Assembly (NCBI RefSeq): GCF_030144855.1
Contig: NC_082729.1
Span: 17,422,001-17,486,000 of the forward strand
DNA length: 64,000 nt
DNA from: Hypanus sabinus
Taxonomy: Eukaryota
Direction of reading: 5' to 3'
Numbering within the stretch: position 1 is the first letter of the stretch; every line of letters starts with the position of its first letter. A program made the position numbers and the translations under genes. The notes beneath the pieces were generated by a model. That model was not told where the DNA came from. It saw only the letters and a program-made list of their open reading frames with translations, and did not search any database. Below are positions 11,991 to 25,194 of this stretch, piece by piece.

Positions 11991-13345
11991 TGTTGGCTAG
12001 AGGAAACTGCAGTCGAAACAAGGACAGGGGAAGCAGACAATCCAGATGTCTTTGTTTCACCCTTTTTATGGACTCTGAATTGATTCTTGCAGTTGGATAA
12101 TCTTAATCAGAGCAACTGAGTGTGGACACAGGTTCAAGTAATGATCTGCTAAAACTGAGACCATTCCCAAACAAGTAGCCATTTGTTATATAAGGGGATG
12201 GACTCTGATCTGATTTTTGACTCTGGGACAATCTAATCAGAGCAACAAACCCGAGACCATTTTCAGAGGAGTAGCTACTTGTCTAGTAAAATGCCAGAAT
12301 TGCAATCTATGGTCTCATTAGACTCTGTCTGGTTTAACTGGTTTGGATCTGTGCACAAATGAGTTAAACCTCATTTAACTGGTTTGGACCTGTGCATAAA
12401 TACACAGGGTTGGGATGGGCAGAGTCTTGAAACAATGTTGGGTGTCACTCTGTACAATGATCAGTAAACAGTGACCCAGGTAGATTAGGTGACCTTGTGC
12501 CAACTGAATGGAGATGTATAATTGATGAGGAACAGTATTAGATGCAGGAGATCAAAATACAAAGGTATAATAATTCTCCAGCAGCCAAAGACCAACCATT
12601 GTGGATAAGGAGGACCCCATGGACATGTGGAGATTGGGACCATGAGGAACGCCTGTTCGGGGTAGACTCCTTTCCTGGTTAATACATTTTCTCTTCATTG
12701 ACTGTTCATGGAGTATCAGGATTCTAGTACGGAGCACACAGGTAGATTGGAGTCTCAACCAGCATGTTTTTTAGTTGAAAAAATAAAAGTTACTTGTTGG
12801 CAAATAAAGATTTTCTGTGCCTTACTGATCATTATTACAAGGGGCATTTCTTGTAACAGCATTGGCATCCCCGGGTGGGCTCGTGGATAAAGCTCTTTGC
12901 TCTGCGGGAGACTCGAGTCAGACCTCGTGAGTGAGGTACAGAGATCTGGGGCTGGCTAGTTAGCAGTTAGAGGCCCAGGATGAAGAATTCAGGAAAATTT
13001 TTGATTCGAGAGGATTCCTCCTGCATTGGGGGAAGTGGCCACAATATGAGGAGTTCGTTAGTCACACTGGCTGTGAAGGGAAAACTGCTGGTGATGCCCT
13101 ATGGAAAATCCCCCAAGGGAAGCTATTGAACGGGAAGTTTAAACAATTACAAAAACCAGTAGCAGCTGGCTGTTTAATTGAGGATTTGATAGAGTTATGA
13201 CAAAATACTAAAGCAGAATGGCACAGATTAGAATCGGAAAATGAATGTTGGCATAAAGTAGAAGCCCAGCAAAATATATTACCACAGGCAAAAATTTGAA
13301 GCCGAGTGAGATACTTTACAAACCCAAGTGCTTAAGTTGGGTCTT
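11991..13345 (+). mobile_element. Truncated LTR retroelement: 5' LTR (11991-12858), tRNA-Asn PBS and decayed gag-like start
   Basis: TGTT...AACA termini, AATAAA at ~12803, PBS TGGCATCCCCGGGTGGGC at 12863-12880; absent from the homologous site in unit 1 (~5395). Confidence 0.7.
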
Positions 13346-13529
13346 GCCGCGATGTCAGCCAGTTCAAGAATTTCAGCTGACAGATACTCTTGCACAGAAG
13401 CCAGAAAGACCGAGGCTCCGGCACCCACTCACTCATCATAGTTGCCCTTTCTCAAAAACCTATTAACACGGCCTAATTGGAACTGGGCCGGGGACAAGCT
13501 TTCCTGCTGGTTTTATTTTGTACATTCAT
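13345..13529 (-). pseudogene. H2A: H2A pseudogene (5' half)
   Basis: Decayed [24 protein letters not shown]...[10 protein letters not shown]; truncated at the LTR element. Confidence 0.8.
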
Positions 13530-14096
13530 TTCTATAAACTGAGCAACACCCAGAGAATGAGGAAATGCGTCCGGCCCCCGGCATTCTTGTCTGTCCTGTG
13601 GGGATGTAGTGAGACGTTCAGGATTGGTGCAACAACGCTTAAACTCAATGGGGAACAAATAAACCAATGAGAGAGCCGATTTATTTAACAATCAAAATCA
13701 AAAGCGCGGAAGGAACAGTTTACCCGCCGAAAGTAAACCGAAACTTGAAAACTGCCCGCCAAAAATCCTTTGTTCAAACTGAATCTACAGCTCTGCTTCT
13801 GGAATAATTCCCCCGACTAACCCATTACTGAAGTCTAACGTTTGAGTGCAGGTAATATTGCAGAGCTGTCTGGGGACTTCATTGAACGATATCTCTACTC
13901 AAATTTCGATTCTCAATTGCTGCCCCTGGTCAGTCATTGTGTGAACATCATGTTACAACCGAGTGCTTTTTATCAAACTATGGATGGAAGTTAGCCTGCA
14001 GTTTTGACAAATTATTAGTGAGGGTACTTTCTGGCATTAAAATTGAATTCGCAGAATATGACAAAGAAATGCAGCTCTGTTAATGAAATAGTGAGT

Positions 14097-14112
14097 GGCT
14101 CTTAAAAGAGCC
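14097..14112 (-). terminator. Histone 3' stem-loop
   Basis: Minus GGCTCTTTTAAGAGCC with HDE ACAGAGCTGC. Confidence 0.95.
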
Positions 14113-14129
14113 TTTGGGTTTGTGGTTTG

Positions 14130-14260
14130 NNNNNNNNNNNNNNNNNNNNNNNNNNNNNNNNNNNNNNNNNNNNNNNNNNNNNNNNNNNNNNNNNNNNNNN
14201 NNNNNNNNNNNNNNNNNNNNNNNNNNNNNNNNNNNNNNNNNNNNNNNNNNNNNNNNNNNN
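14130..14260. other. 131-N block over the H2B 3' end
   Basis: Direct count; equals the homologous interval 8176-8306. Confidence 0.95.
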
Positions 14261-14516
14261 TCGATCGCTTGTTGTAATGGGCTAGGCGGGAAGCCTCGCC
14301 AGCGATGCGCTCGAAAATATCGCTCACGAACGAGTTCATGATGCTCATGGCCTTGGAGGAGATGCCGGTGTCGGGGTGAACCTGCTTCATCACTTTGTAG
14401 ATGTAAATGGCGTAACTCTCCTTCCTCCTGCTTCTGCGCTTCTTCCCAGACTTAGCTGAAGATTTCGGCAGCGCTTTCTTAGCGCCCTTCTTGGAAGCAG
14501 GCTTCTGATCGGCCAT
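14145..14516 (-). CDS. H2B: Histone H2B (3' third hidden by Ns; stop inferred by homology)
   Basis: [14 protein letters not shown]...YNKRS; ATG at 14516; intact promoter and stem-loop. Confidence 0.85.
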
Positions 14517-15699
14517 TTCTCCGGTGAAGTTTAGACTCAAATAAGCAGTAGTTCCGTGAGCGTCCCTTAAATAGGAAACGCTGACGTCAATATGCTAATC
14601 AAGGAATAGAGTATCAGAGAATATTCATTGGCTACCTAGAGAGGCGAATCGCCATCGAAATTATTTCTATAAATCCTATATTTAGACATCATTGATTGCT
14701 TGTTCCACCAACCAGAAGCCTCTCCTAGTTTTTGGACCGCGAACCTTACCGCCAATGACAGATCTAATGCACTTCTCTCCGACAGCAGGGGTAAGAGGGT
14801 AGGGAGAAATTTGGGGCTGACATTAAACTTAGGAAAACGTAATATACAGTTGCAGAAGAAATAAAATCACATTCAGATGAAAAGTTTAAAGTAAATTTAT
14901 TATCAAAGTATATATATGTAACCATCAAGAAGCATGATTCATTTTCTTGCGGGCATAAGCACCATTCCTGAAACAGATGGTGTGAGTCCTTAGGCAGAAC
15001 CTTTGTCTGAATAGCAGACTGAGAGGAAAGCATATCCTGAGTGGTGTTATACTAAAAAAATTAGTTGGACCTTCTCTGGAGTGAAGTCTAGGCCTCTTCT
15101 GGAGTCGTACAAAACTCTAGATAGGACTGCTGTGGAGAAGAGCTAAAAGTCTAGCTAAGACTTCTCTGGAGAGCTGTTAAAAATCTAGTTCAGCTTTCTC
15201 AAAGTTTAAAGTTCAAAGTACATTTTATTATCAAAGTTTGTATATATTATTCAATCTTGGGATTTGTCAGTTTACAGGCAACCACAAAGCCCAATCTAAA
15301 ATGAAGATTTTAGATCTACAGAGAGATTTAAAAAAAAACACAAATCAATTTGTGCAAACAATAAAGCAAGCATCGGCATTCAGAATGAAATTGAGTCCAT
15401 AAACCTTGAAGCCAAAGAGGATTAGATTATATAATTCCAGACTTTGGAGAGGATTCAGGCCATAAGAACAGAAATAGATCATTCAGTCCATTGATTTGCT
15501 CTGTCATTCCAACATATTTGAGTTACATTTTTCACAGTTCTTGGCCTTCTCTCTGTAACCTTTGACTCCCTGACAAATAAAAAACCTGTCATATTGTGCT
15601 TTAAATATGCTCAATGACTTGACCTCCACAGCTGTCTGTGACAAAAATAACACGGAATTACTAACACTGACTCAAGAAATTCCTCCTTATTTCTGTTCT

Positions 15700-17610
15700 C
15701 AGGATCTTCTCCATCAGTTTACCAACCACCGACTCTCTGGTCATTAATTTCCTGGATTATCCCTACTATCTTTCTTGAATAAGGGAACAACATCTGCAAA
15801 CCTCCAATCCTCGGAACCTCTCCTGTCCTCATTGATGAATCAAAGATCATCACTGGAGGCTCAGCAGTCTACTCCCTCAATTCCCACAGTAGTCTGGGGT
15901 ACATCTCATCCAGTTCTGGTGACTTATCCAACTGGATACTTTCCAAAAACTCCAGCACATCCTCTTCCTTAATATCAACATGCTCAAGCTTTACAGTCCG
16001 CTGCAAGTCAACTCTACAATCGCCAAGATCCTTTTCCATAGTGAATAGTGAATCAAAGTATTCATTAAGTACCTCTACCATCAACTCCAGTTCCATACAT
16101 ACTTTTCCACTAGCACATTTGATTGGTCCTATTCTGTCATGACTTATCTTCTTGCTCTTCACATACTTGTAGAATGCCTTGGGGTTTTCCTTTATCCTGT
16201 CCACCAAGGCCTTATTAAGGCCCCTTATGGCTCTCCTAATTTCATTCTTAAGGTTCTTCGTTCTAGCCTTATAATCTTCTAGATCGCTATCATAACCTTG
16301 TTTTTTTGAATCTTTCGTAAGCTCGTCTTTTCTTCTTAACTAAACTTACAACAACATTTATACACTATGGTTACTGTACACTACCATCCGTTCCCTCTCT
16401 CATTAGAATGTATCTATGCAGAACCCCATGCAAATATGGCCTGAACATTTGCCATATTCCTTCCGTATGTATCCCTGAGGACATATGTTTCCAACTTATG
16501 CCTCTACGACACTGTCTGATAGCCTCATATTTCCCCTTACTCCAATTAAACCTTTCCTTAACATATCTGTTCCTATGCCTCTTCAATGCTATGGTAAAGG
16601 AGATAGAATTGTGATCAGCATCTCCAACATTCTCTCCCATTGAGAGACCTGACACCTGACCAGGTTCATTTCCCAATACCTGATCAAGTACAGCCTCTCC
16701 TCTTGAAGGCTCATGTACATATTGTGTCAAGAAACCTTCCTGGACACACCTAAGAAACTCCACCCCATCTAAACCCCTCACTCTAGGGAAAGACCAATCA
16801 AAATTTGGGAAATTAAAATCTCTCACATAACAACCCTGTTATTATTACTCCTTTCCAGAATCTGTCTCCCATCTGCACCTCAATGTCCCTGTTACTATTG
16901 GGTGGTCTATAAAAAATAAACACCCAGTAGAATTATTGACCCCTTCCTGTTCCTAACTTCCACCCACAGAGACCCCATAGACAACCTCTCCATGACTTCC
17001 TCCTTTTCTTCAGCTGTGAAACTATCTGTGATCAACAGTGCCACACCCCCATCTCTTTTGCCTCCCTCCCTGTCTTTGCTGAAACATCTAAAGCCTGGCA
17101 CTTGAAGTAGCTATTCCTGCCCCTGCACCATCCAAGTCTCTGTAATGGCCCCAACATCATAGCTCCAAATGCTGATCCACGGTCTAAGCTCCTCCACTTT
17201 ATTCATAATACTCCTTGTATTAAAATAGACATACCTTAAACCAGCTGTCTGAGATTGTCTCTTCTCTATCATCCTATCTGCCTATCGTCCCTTTTTCACT
17301 GTCCCCAAGCTTTCTCTATTGTAGGCCAAACTCCATTACTTCAGTTTGGTTCCCACCCCCCAGCAATTCTAGATTAAACTCTTCCCAATAGCCTTTGCAA
17401 ACCTCCCCGCCAGGATATTTATTCCCTCAGATTCAAGTGCAACCTCGTGCAGATTCAAGTGATTTTGTACGTCACACCACACAGGAGCGGTCTCAATGAT
17501 GCAGAAAACTGAATACCTAGCCTCTGCATCAATCCCTCAGCCTTGCATTTATCCTCCTCGTCATTCTATTCCTATACTCACTGTCACATGGCACAGCCAG
17601 TAATCCTGAG
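15700..17610 (-). mobile_element. CR1 LINE fragment (end of ORF1, endonuclease and linker of ORF2)
   Basis: ORFs with DFNFPNFDW...FLTQYVHEPSRGEAVLDQVLGNEPGQV...DHNSI and IKENPKAFYKYVKSKK. Confidence 0.85.
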
Positions 17611-18089
17611 ATTGTAGCTGATATTAAACAGAGGAAAGTGTAAAGTAGTAATACAAATTAAAAACTTACTTTCTGTTGATAAATTCAAAGTAAATTTATT
17701 ATTAAAGTACATATATGTCACCAAGCACAATTCGCTTTCTTGTGAGCATTATAATAATTCCTGAAACTGATGGTGTGAGTCCTGATGCTCTTTTGCCTTT
17801 GTCCTGATAGCAGACTGAGAAGAGAGCATGACCTGGGTGGTGTTATGCTAATAAAAAAATAGCTAGGCCATCCCTGGAGTGGAATCTAGGTCTCTTCTGG
17901 AAGTGTATTCAATTTAAAGAAAAGATCAACACCCAATCTATGGAGAGATAATAAAAAAAAACAAATCAATTCATGCAAACAACAGAGCAAGCATCAGTAT
18001 TCAGAATGAAGGCAAAGAAGATTAGAGTATGAAAGTCCAGTAAGAGACTAGTTAGGCCTCATCCAGAATACTCCTGAATAGAATTAGGC

Positions 18090-19555
18090 CATAAGAACAG
18101 AAAATGGTCAGTCAGTACATCTATTTTACTGCCATTTCATCACATCTGAGTTATTATCCCTATCAATCACATTCTTCGGCCTTTTCCCTGTAACCTTTGA
18201 CTCTCTGACTAGTCAAGCACCTATTATATTCCATTTTAAATATGCTCAATGACTTAGAGTCCACAACTGTCTGTAACAACGAGCTCCACTGAATAACTAC
18301 CCACTGGCTAAAGAAATTCCTCCCCATCTCTGTTCTCAATAGTAATCTCTATTCTGTGTCTGTGCCATTTGGTCTTATGCTCACCCACTACAGGAAAAAT
18401 CCTTATTGATAAGTTTCAATAAGATCACCCCTCTTTCTTTTGAACTCCAATGAGTTGAGGCCCAGTGCCACCAAGTACTCCTGGAGTCATTGCTGTGAAC
18501 TTCCTCTGGCCCCTCTTGAATGCCAGCACAACTCATCTTAGATAATAGGCTAAAAACTGCTCACAATACTGAAGTATGGTCTAACCAAAGCCTTATAAAA
18601 AAAAGACTCATCTTTATGTCTTGCTTTGATGTTCTCGCCCAGTCAAAATGAATACCAACTTTGAATTTCCCTGCAGACTCAACCAGCAAGATGTCCTTTA
18701 TGGAATCCTGCACAAGTACTCCCAAGTCTCTTTGCACTTCTGATTTTTGAATCTTCTCCCACCTTAGAAAATAATCTATGCCTTTTCTTCTACCAAAGTA
18801 CATGACCAAACACTTCAAAACATTCTATTGCAACTGACACTTCTTTGTCCATTCTTCAAATCTGTCTAAGACCTTTTGCAGACTCCCAGCTTCTTTAAAA
18901 CTGACTGCCTGTCCATCTATATTTGTTTCATCCATTACAATGTCTGAAAGAAGCTGCAGAGGGTTATAAAACTAGTCAGCTCCACTTTGGTTACTAGCCT
19001 ACAAAATATGCAAGACATTTTCATAGAGTGGTGTTTCAAAAGAAAGCGTCCATTATTAAGGATCTCCAGCACCCAGGGCATGCCCTCTTCTCACTGTGAC
19101 CATCAGGGAGGAGGTACAGAAGCCAAAAAGCACACACTCAACGATTCAGGAAAAGCTCCTTAAACAGTTTCTCTGCCATTTGATTCCTAAATACTACCTC
19201 AATTTTTAATATAATATATTTCTGTATTCTGCACTTTCATTAAAAACTATTCAACATATGCATACTTTCATTCATTTATTGATTTATTAATTATTTTTTA
19301 GTTGTTTTAATCTAGATTATTCATTGCAATGAACTGCTGCTGCTCAGGTATTAAATTTCATGTCACATGTCAGTGATACTAAACATGACTCTGGTTTTGA
19401 TTCAGAAGCTGGCCACAAAGCCATCAATTCCATTATCCAAATCAACTACATATAACATGAAAAGTAGTGGTCTCAACACTAAACCTGGCAGTAAACCACC
19501 AGCCACTGGCAGCTAACCAGAAGAGGCCTCCAGTATTCCCATTCTTTGGCTCCTG
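18090..19555 (-). mobile_element. CR1 LINE fragment with nested Rex1-like insertion (18940-19405)
   Basis: Paralogous to 3600-4700 and 9835-11430. Confidence 0.75.
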
Positions 19556-19559
19556 CTCT

Positions 19560-20110
19560 TCGGTTCTACTGGATATGGTTATGATAATTCCAAAGCACCA
19601 AATCCCGAGGAACTCCCATCGACACCCTACCAATGGCAGCCAATCCTACCGTCTGCATGATTGGCACCCCTAGTTACTATCGGGGGGGGGGGGGGGGGGA
19701 ACAGGGAGAGCAAATCAAAATCAGAATATAGCATACACCACACCATTTGGGGTACAACAGCTTAGAGATATTACTAAGGATATTGGGAGGTATGTGCTCG
19801 GAGACTACCCTTGAGAGATTTTCCAAGCAACTAGTCATCAGAGAATAATACATGGCCTAGATGACTCTGAGGAAGGAAATTGATTATAATGTGTTTACAC
19901 ACAAATGTACACTCAGCTTTGCCAGATATACAATGATATGGTGAGGAAACAAGTGAGGAACTGAAAAATGCAATCAGTGTTATAGGTGTTTACAGAGTTG
20001 ACCCAGTAGACACACTAGCCAAATGTTACCAGAGGAGACGTGAGCATCCCACTGCATTTATATCCCGTTTATAGACAATGTTCCAAGGGGTTTATAGGAC
20101 AGCATTAGGG
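19560..20110 (+). mobile_element. Decayed gag/capsid-like fragment of an LTR element
   Basis: Reads YTTPFGVQQLRDITKDIG...KLIIMCLHTNVHSALPD...DPVDTLAKCYQRRREHPTAF across frameshifts; same position in the unit as the LTR at 11991. Confidence 0.45.
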
Positions 20111-21547
20111 CAGGACCATTTAGGAAGGGTCTTAGCCTGAAACTCTGACAGTTTATTGATGTCCATAGATGATATCTGACCTGCTGAGTTCCAGCACTGA
20201 ATGTGGCTCTGTATTTCCAGCCCTGCAGGATCTTTCATGTTTAGCAAATTTTGAATTCAGAGTTGCAATAAGACTGGATCCTGTAAAATTTAACTTGCAG
20301 CTTTAATTGGTGGGAAGGAAGACAAATGCCATGTTCGCATTCATTTCCAGAGGACTCAAATATAAAAGCAAGAATATAATGAGATTCTGCATTGTGGAAA
20401 TCGAGATTAACTCATACAAAATGCTGGAAGATCTCAGCTGGTTAGACAGCATCTCTGGAAAGAAATAAACAGTCAATATTTCAGGCTGAGACTTCCTGCA
20501 CAAAAATGTTTTACCAGGAATGTCATGCTGAGGCTCTGTGAGGCACTAGTCAGACAGTATTTGGGGTATTGTGAGCAGTTATGAGTTCCTTATGTAAGAA
20601 AGGATGAAGTGTTGAACATAGACCAGCACAAGACAGGGAGAGGTGCTTTGTTCCACAAAGTTTTGTCAACCTAATTAAATTAGTAATCAAATGACCAAAG
20701 AAAAGTGTGCCTACATATTACCCATATGTTTCCTCACATTCACATACCTATGTAAACTCTCTGAAAAGGCCCTAATATATCTGCCTCTACCATGACCCCA
20801 GCATGCACCAGACTGTGTAAACAAAAACCCTCACATCTCCTTTGTAAGGACCCCCTTACGAGATTGCTTCTGGATTAGACATTTCAGCCCTGAGAAGATA
20901 TTATTTGTTTGTTCTACGTATGTCTCTTGCAATGTTATCAACCTATCAGATCTCCCCTGCCACTCCAAAGAAAACAACCAAATTTTGTCCAACTTCTCAT
21001 TGTAGCACATGCCTTCTAATTCAGGCCACATTCACAATCAGAATCAGGTTTAATATCACTGCCATATGTCAAGAAATTTGCAGTAAACCACTTTTCTCAC
21101 CCTCTCCAAAGTCTCAACATTCTTTTTTATAATAAAGCAACCAGAACTGTATGCAATACTCCAGATGAGGCAGAAGCAGAGCTATATAAAGTTGAAACAT
21201 AAGAGTTAATACATCATATTCAAAGCATTTAAACCACTTCAACAGCAAACATCTTCATCTCTATCTGCTCTATTTGTAAAGTTTTGTGTGAGAAAATCAC
21301 ACATAAACAGACAGACTGAAGCAAGACAGCAAGATGTCTGTGTTGGATCAGTGAGCAGGAACGGCGACAACAAGATTGTACAAAGCATTGGAAAGATTAC
21401 TCAACATAAATATTTACCTCTAAGTGTAAAACCTTCAAGAGAAGCTTGTAGCAATCTAATACTGAATTATGAGTACAACTCTTCCACGGAAACTGTAAGT
21501 GGCTCTTAAAATTGCCATTGGGTTTGTCTTATCAGTACTCAGCTGCT

Positions 21548-21805
21548 TCACTTGGAACTGCTGTACTTGGTCACTGCTTTTGTCCCTTTTGACATGGTAT
21601 AGTTGGCCAACCACCACCCCCCACCACATCCCCGTAGCAGCAGGCACACGGAGGTCTTGATCTCCCGGGACCTTATGGTTGACCCCTTGTTGTAATGGGT
21701 TAAATGGGAAGCATCACCCATAATGTGCCCAAAATTGTCTTTCACGAACGAGCTTATGATGCTGATGGCATTGGAGAAGATGCTGGTATCGGGGTGAATG
21801 AACAA
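21548..21805 (-). pseudogene. H2B: Old H2B pseudogene (3' two thirds) with decayed stem-loop at 21501-21516
   Basis: [54 protein letters not shown]...[13 protein letters not shown]. Confidence 0.9.
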
Positions 21806-22967
21806 CTTTCGGAATGAACCCATTACATCAATACCAATCAGCTAGAATCTATCCATACTTATCCCTTCTACCAGCACTTGTCCTGTAACCTGGGTAATTC
21901 AAGTAATTGACAAGACATTTCCAAAATACCAAAGGGACTCTGCTGTGACCATTCTCTCTGGTAGAGTGTTCGAGTTACTCACCCTCATGAATTACCTCCC
22001 ATGTCCTGCTGGTCTATCGACTCCTGACATGGGGAATGCTCTCTGAAACCTACCCTATTCAACCCCTGATAATTTCATACAACTAAATCAATTCCCCTCA
22101 GTGCTCGGTCAGTGTATGTTTGCCATCTACATCAACTGTATGGATAATAATACTGTAACAACGATCAACAAATTTGCGGATGACACCAGAATAGATAGTG
22201 TAGTGGAAAACGAGGAAGGCTATTGAAGCGTGCAGTGTGACCTGGGAATTATTGCGTGAATGTGGAGACACAGGTAGCGAGCCCACAGAGAGAGCTCTAG
22301 GCACATTGACCTTCATTAATGAGTACATAAATTTAACATGTTATAATGAAATTGCATTACACATTGATGAGGCCTAACTTAGAGTACTGTTCCAGTCGCC
22401 TGCCGACAGTTTCACATCGGTCGCAGAAAACATTTGAAGCTCTAAGAGAGGCCGGAATGTAAGTAGTGAAAATGGGGTAATGAGGGGAGATTATGGGAAT
22501 AAATACATTTTTTGCAAGTTAAATATGCAATTACGCATGTTCTCTAAATGTTCACAACAGCAAAATATTTGATGAAAGGCTGAGGAGGTTTTATATCAGT
22601 TATTCAGGATGCTCGGTAGTAATGTTACAGACTAACCTTCAATAAGGAAGCGGAGTGAAAATAAAATTGACCCCAACCATCTCTCCGGGGAACACACACG
22701 CGCAGCTGAAAATTTCCTCAGCTCAGGAAACGATTCAGAAAACCATTTCAGCACATCCCAACTAGTTTTTTTTTAAAAGAAAAATAACTTGTAGAAGATA
22801 AATTAGTATGATTTTCGTATTTCTGTAAAAAGCACATTCTCATTCTATTTCGCTGTGACCAAACAGCAGTCTCTATCTTAAGAACTTCCGCAGTGACAGC
22901 GAAACCCGAATCCTTTCCTCCGCACTCACGGTATCCACAAGGCAGCTCCTTCACTGACAGTGTGCAA

Positions 22968-22983
22968 GGCTCTGAAAAGAGCC
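22968..22983 (-). terminator. Histone 3' stem-loop of H2A pseudogene
   Basis: Minus GGCTCTTTTCAGAGCC. Confidence 0.9.
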
Positions 22984-23013
22984 TTTGGGTAGGTGGTTTC
23001 ATATTCTGTGTCT

Positions 23014-23297
23014 TCACTTACTGACTCCGCCGTTTTTCTTGGGCAACAACACAGCCTGGATATCGGGTAACAGCAGGCGATCGTCACTCCTCCATTTGAC
23101 GTGGGTCTTCTTCTTGTTCCAGGCCGCGTTGCCAGCCAGATCAAGAAACTCGAGCACAAAACCCAGAAAGACCGAGGCTCCGGCACTCACTTGCTCAGAC
23201 TCAGCACACTTGCCCTTTCTCAAGAGCCTATTAACAGGGCCAAATGGGAACTGGGCCGGGGACAAGCTTTCCTGCCGGGTTTACTTTGTCCATTCAC
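23014..23297 (-). pseudogene. H2A: H2A pseudogene
   Basis: [14 protein letters not shown]...[12 protein letters not shown]...[12 protein letters not shown] with deletions; start codon changed to GTG. Confidence 0.9.
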
Positions 23298-23875
23298 ATC
23301 AACAAGCCAGAGAATGAGGAAATACATACGGCCCTCGGCATTCTGGTATATCCTGTGGGGATGCAGGGAGTCATTCAGGATTGGTGCAACAGAGTTTAAG
23401 CTCATTGGAGAACAAATAAACCAATGAGAGTGCCACTTACTTATCATGCAAAATCAAAAGCGCGGAAGGAACTTCTTACCCGCCGAAAATAAACTGAAGC
23501 TTGAAAACAGCCCGCCAAAAATCCTTTGCTCAAACCTAATTTTAAATCAGATCATTGCAGATCTGCTTGTGGAATAATTCTCCCCATCAACCCATCACTG
23601 AATTCCGGCACATCTAATGTAGCTAATATTGCAACAATGTCTCGGGATTTCACTTAACGATATCTCTGCTCGGAACAAAATTCGATTTTCAGTTGCTACC
23701 CACGGTCAGACATTGTGTGAACTGCATCATGTTACGACCGAGTTTTTCTTCTCAAACTATGGCTGGAGTTGAGCCTGCAGTTTGGACAAATTATCGGTTA
23801 CAGTACCGGCTGGTATTGAAATTGAACTCAGAGAACACAACGAAACCATGCAGCTCTGTTAATGAAAGATTGAGT

Positions 23876-23891
23876 GGCTCTTAAAAGAGCC
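23876..23891 (-). terminator. Histone 3' stem-loop
   Basis: Minus GGCTCTTTTAAGAGCC. Confidence 0.9.
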
Positions 23892-23923
23892 TTTAGGTTT
23901 TCGGTTTGTTTTGGCGGCACTCT

Positions 23924-24279
<356 letters not shown>

Positions 24280-25194
24280 TTCTCCAGTGGAGTTCAGACT
24301 CAAGTAAACAGATAAACCGCAGAGAGCCACATAAATAGGAACGATGGCATCAGTATGTTAATAACGAATTGAGTATCAGCGTATGCTCATTGGCTACATG
24401 GAGAACGAATGACCATCGGGATTATTACGACAAATCCTATCTTTGGATATCAGATGGTTGCCCGACCCTCTGAATAGCTGCTAGGAAAGTTATTAACACT
24501 TCCTTTGAACTGCAATTTTTCCAGGTGCCTTCAAAACTGTGCTGTAAAATCCCTACTTACTAACTACAGGCTTAGATCAAAGCTTCCCTTACTAGGCAAG
24601 GTACTTGAGAAAGACATATTCAAGCAACACAACTTTCTGAATGAGAGCAATATTTGAGAAAAGTTTTAGTGTCCCTTATCAAAATTGTCAGCAACCTCAG
24701 GATCAGCACTGAAAACTGAAGGGTGTGAAGGTTTCAGGTCAGAATTTGGAAAGTGAGGGTAAAGCAAGCTTTTGTTTAATTAGCAGAAAAGAATGGTGGA
24801 GAAATTGATGGGATGAAATTAATATCGGTATATAACAGATCCAGGTGGAACAGGTTAATGGGGTTATCATTTGTATCAATTCCACACATTTCTAGTAGCA
24901 GAGATTCATTGGTTCCCACCTTTACTGCAACAGGCCATTTGACCCATTACATCGATATTTATCCATTCTACCAATTCTTGTCCTGTAGCCTGGGTAATTC
25001 AAGTGAATGACAAGACATTTCTAACTTACCATCAGTTACTCAGTTTTCATAACTCTGTCTGGTAGAGTGTTCCAGTTACCATCCCTCGAACTAACTCCCA
25101 TGTGCTGCAGGTCTATCTACTCCTGATATGGGGAGAAAACTCTGCAATCTACCCTAACTCTCCCCCGATAATATTATATACCGAAATCAACATA

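Noticed and set aside
12863-12883. tRNA gene (also 54908-54925)
   Set aside because: Only 18-21 nt complementary to tRNA 3' ends next to LTRs: these are primer binding sites, not tRNA genes
14037-14144. Long C-terminal extensions of H2B (also 28055-28234)
   Set aside because: Artefact of translating through Ns that hide the stop codon
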